A model generated the notes under the pieces. It saw only the letters and a program-made list of their open reading frames with translations, did no database searches and was not told the DNA's origin. A program made the translations under genes and the position numbers. From NCBI GenBank assembly GCA_051162585.1, contig DBGGTD010000622.1, positions 1 to 25,271 on the forward strand: DNA of 25,271 nt, read 5' to 3'. Shown piece by piece: positions 22,941 to 25,271 of this stretch (position 1 is its first letter; every line of letters starts with the position of its first letter). Source of the DNA: Elainellaceae cyanobacterium (GTDB lineage: Bacteria > Cyanobacteriota > Cyanobacteriia > CAZCXK01).

Positions 22941-24611
22941 CTATGCAAAACTTCCGGTGCGTTTTAAGCGTCGTCGTTTCTTGCCTTTACGTTGACTCTT
23001 GTTTTCGTCTTCGTCTACCTTTTCTTGATGATCTAGTTCAGGAAGTTTGAGCACGACCCCTGCAAAGAACCAGTAGTAGACTGCAACCGGATCAACGTCG
23101 AGGGGATAGTAGTAGGTGTTGTAGCTGATGAAGAGCACATAGACCCAAAAGGACGCTCCATAGCTGCGGAGGGTGCGATCGCGCACGGAGCGATACGCCC
23201 TGAACGTTTGAAAAGTTAGTGTGGTGACTAATGCCAGAAAACACAACAAGCCCAAAGGCCCAATCTCGTACAGCACTTTCGGATAATAGGTCTCGACCAG
23301 CTTGGTTGTTCCTAATGCTCGCGCTGCATTGGTTGCTCGCCCTAACCCATTGCCAAAAATGCCGTTTTGCTCCTTAGCAACCCACGAAAATTGATCGATG
23401 ATGAAATCTTGCGGAGGAGATGCTTCCCATCGAGATTGAAAACTGTTGAATCGCTCCTGCATCAACTCTGGGTTTCTAGCGGCTGCAAAACTCAACACAA
23501 CACTAAGTACGACGGCGATCGGAACAAACCGCTTGAGATTCGCAATTTGCCCGGTCAAGATTAGGAGTAACACAACCGCTACAGGGACGAGAGCTAGTGC
23601 AACGCGCTGTCCCGATAGCACGGACATGACAAACACCGATCCCATCGCAATCAGCCCGATCGTTCGCCATCGTGCCTTGGGATCATTGAAGGCACAAGCA
23701 AAGGAAAGAAACCCGGCTGAAATTAAAAACCATCCCCACTGCCAAGGCGCAACAAATGTTCCGGGAAGGCGGATTTGATTGTGCTGTGGGCTGTAGAGCA
23801 ATGATCCTCCGACGAAGCAACGTGCCTCCAAAGACGCTTTGAATAAGTTGGAGCCTTGTTCAAATTGGGTCCCTGCACAGAGTCCATTTTTGAGGAAAAA
23901 ATACTGAACAAACGCAAGACCGCAGCAAACCAAAATCAGAATTGAGGTAAGACGGGTCAAGAAAAATAGGTCGTGCTTATTTCGAATCAAGTAGTAGGCA
24001 CACACAATTAGGGGCACATACCCAATTAAAACCTTAAGCCCCAAGATGCCAAGCAAGATAGGTTGCTCACTGCCATCGCTGCTAAATTGTTGACTGCCAT
24101 TAACCAGCAATAAGGTCACAAGACAAACCATCAAAAGCGCAATTAACGGAATCATCAGAGGTTTGCAGACGATGATCGGCAACCGTTCTCGTCTGCAATA
24201 TTGAATCACTCCGATCAGGGCAGGAATATAAAATCCATCCTTGGCAAGCTGCAGCAGCGGATTATTGCCAATGGCGTAAGTGATCGTGCCGCCAAAGGGC
24301 AAGTAAATCAAAAAGGCCCAAAGCGCATATCGAGGATAGCGGAAGGACAAGGACGTATACAAAACCCCCACCCCGGTGCCAATTCCTGCTTTGGGATCAA
24401 TAGTTAACCCAACCAAGAAGCCAATCAGCGCTGAGAAAAAAACTGCAAACGTTGTAAAGCTGATGATTTCTTTACGGAGGCGATCGCGCTTTTTTTTCTC
24501 AGCCAGTCGCTCTTTCAACGTCGGAGCAGTTTTTTCGGGCTGATTTTGCTTGGATTTTGCTCGTGACTTTGACTTAAATCGTCGCCCTGATCCTGAGCCT
24601 GCGATCGCCAT
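22941..24611 (-). CDS. hpsL: Polytopic O-antigen ligase/polymerase-like protein, HpsL
   Basis: Basic N-terminus, about 12 TM segments, YLPFGGT.TY, LKVLIGYVPL, RLPGTFVAPWQW, SGQR, G.GLGRATN and YNTYYYPLDVDPVAVYYW motifs. Located downstream of serS and upstream of hpsN. Confidence 0.82.
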   Translation of the reverse strand: MAIAGSGSGRRFKSKSRAKSKQNQPEKTAPTLKERLAEKKKRDRLRKEIISFTTFAVFFSALIGFLVGLTIDPKAGIGTGVGVLYTSLSFRYPRYALWAFLIYLPFGGTITYAIGNNPLLQLAKDGFYIPALIGVIQYCRRERLPIIVCKPLMIPLIALLMVCLVTLLLVNGSQQFSSDGSEQPILLGILGLKVLIGYVPLIVCAYYLIRNKHDLFFLTRLTSILILVCCGLAFVQYFFLKNGLCAGTQFEQGSNLFKASLEARCFVGGSLLYSPQHNQIRLPGTFVAPWQWGWFLISAGFLSFACAFNDPKARWRTIGLIAMGSVFVMSVLSGQRVALALVPVAVVLLLILTGQIANLKRFVPIAVVLSVVLSFAAARNPELMQERFNSFQSRWEASPPQDFIIDQFSWVAKEQNGIFGNGLGRATNAARALGTTKLVETYYPKVLYEIGPLGLLCFLALVTTLTFQTFRAYRSVRDRTLRSYGASFWVYVLFISYNTYYYPLDVDPVAVYYWFFAGVVLKLPELDHQEKVDEDENKSQRKGKKRRRLKRTGSFA

Positions 24612-24746
24612 GAACTATTCCCAAATGCGTCAACAACGTGTATTTGCCTTAGTCCTAACCGTTTTAGAGACATAGACTTGCCCCTAGACTGTACGGAACT
24701 TGTAAAAATCTAGTTTATGTTGAGTCTAGGAAACTCCACCCCAATA

Positions 24747-24766
24747 ATGCCCAAACAAGTGGGCAT
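24747..24766. terminator. Hairpin between serS and hpsL (weak terminator candidate)
   Basis: ATGCCCA-AACAAG-TGGGCAT 7-bp stem about 50 nt after the serS stop, without a good U-tract on the minus strand. Confidence 0.35.
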
Positions 24767-24816
24767 CTTTATTGACTCTTTGTAATCAGGAAACAGTTCC
24801 CCAACACGAAGGAGCT

Positions 24817-25271
<455 letters not shown>

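Larger units (their letters stand above)
599..24608. repeat. HIP1 octamer GCGATCGC dispersed throughout
   Basis: About 38 sites counted by eye (e.g. 599, 3791, 13391, 20191, 24601), roughly 1.5 per kb. This density is a cyanobacterial signature. Confidence 0.95.

Noticed and set aside
24683-24730. IS terminal inverted repeats (CCTAGACT/AGTCTAGG)
   Set aside because: Only 8 bp, with no transposase or target-site duplication.
7062-24768. Shared 12-mer AAGTGGGCATCT in two hairpins (7062-7073, 24757-24768)
   Set aside because: Too short to establish a repeat family, and the flanks differ.

Overview
Chromosomal window from a cyanobacterium, probably filamentous. About 38 HIP1 GCGATCGC sites were counted by eye, and heptamer STRR-like repeats, a sigB-type sigma factor and an hps polysaccharide locus are present. 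Gene order: SPOR-domain membrane protein (+), pspA/IM30 (+), a full-length but active-site-altered mtnA homolog (-), sarcosine-oxidase beta-like flavoprotein (-), rhomboid protease (+), sarcosine-oxidase gamma/GcvT-like protein (-), small acidic protein (+), secreted MRJP/Yellow beta-propeller (+), a REP/SDR-like palindromic element, a possible small membrane protein, a large membrane-anchored helical-repeat protein with a Tyr-rich tail (+), a secreted cyanobacterial hypothetical (-), sigB (-), about 1 kb of non-coding DNA, a HerA-like ATPase (-), DUF4864 (+), folA (-), a back-to-back LysR/EamA deletion scar, family-4 UDG (-), hpsP, an unexpected GT4, hpsN, hpsL (all -) and the 3' part of serS (-). 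The most notable items are: (1) the MtnA homolog lacking the catalytic Cys and a phosphate-binding Arg, directly downstream of an orphan soxB; (2) soxG-like and soxB genes split by an antisense rhomboid, with no soxA/soxD in the window; (3) apparent in-situ replacement of hpsO by an unrelated GT4 with a D-X7-D motif; (4) the LysR/EamA scar upstream of folA; (5) a dispersed palindromic repeat present with and without its hairpin. Family assignments come from motif recognition and recalled sequences; no database searches were run.
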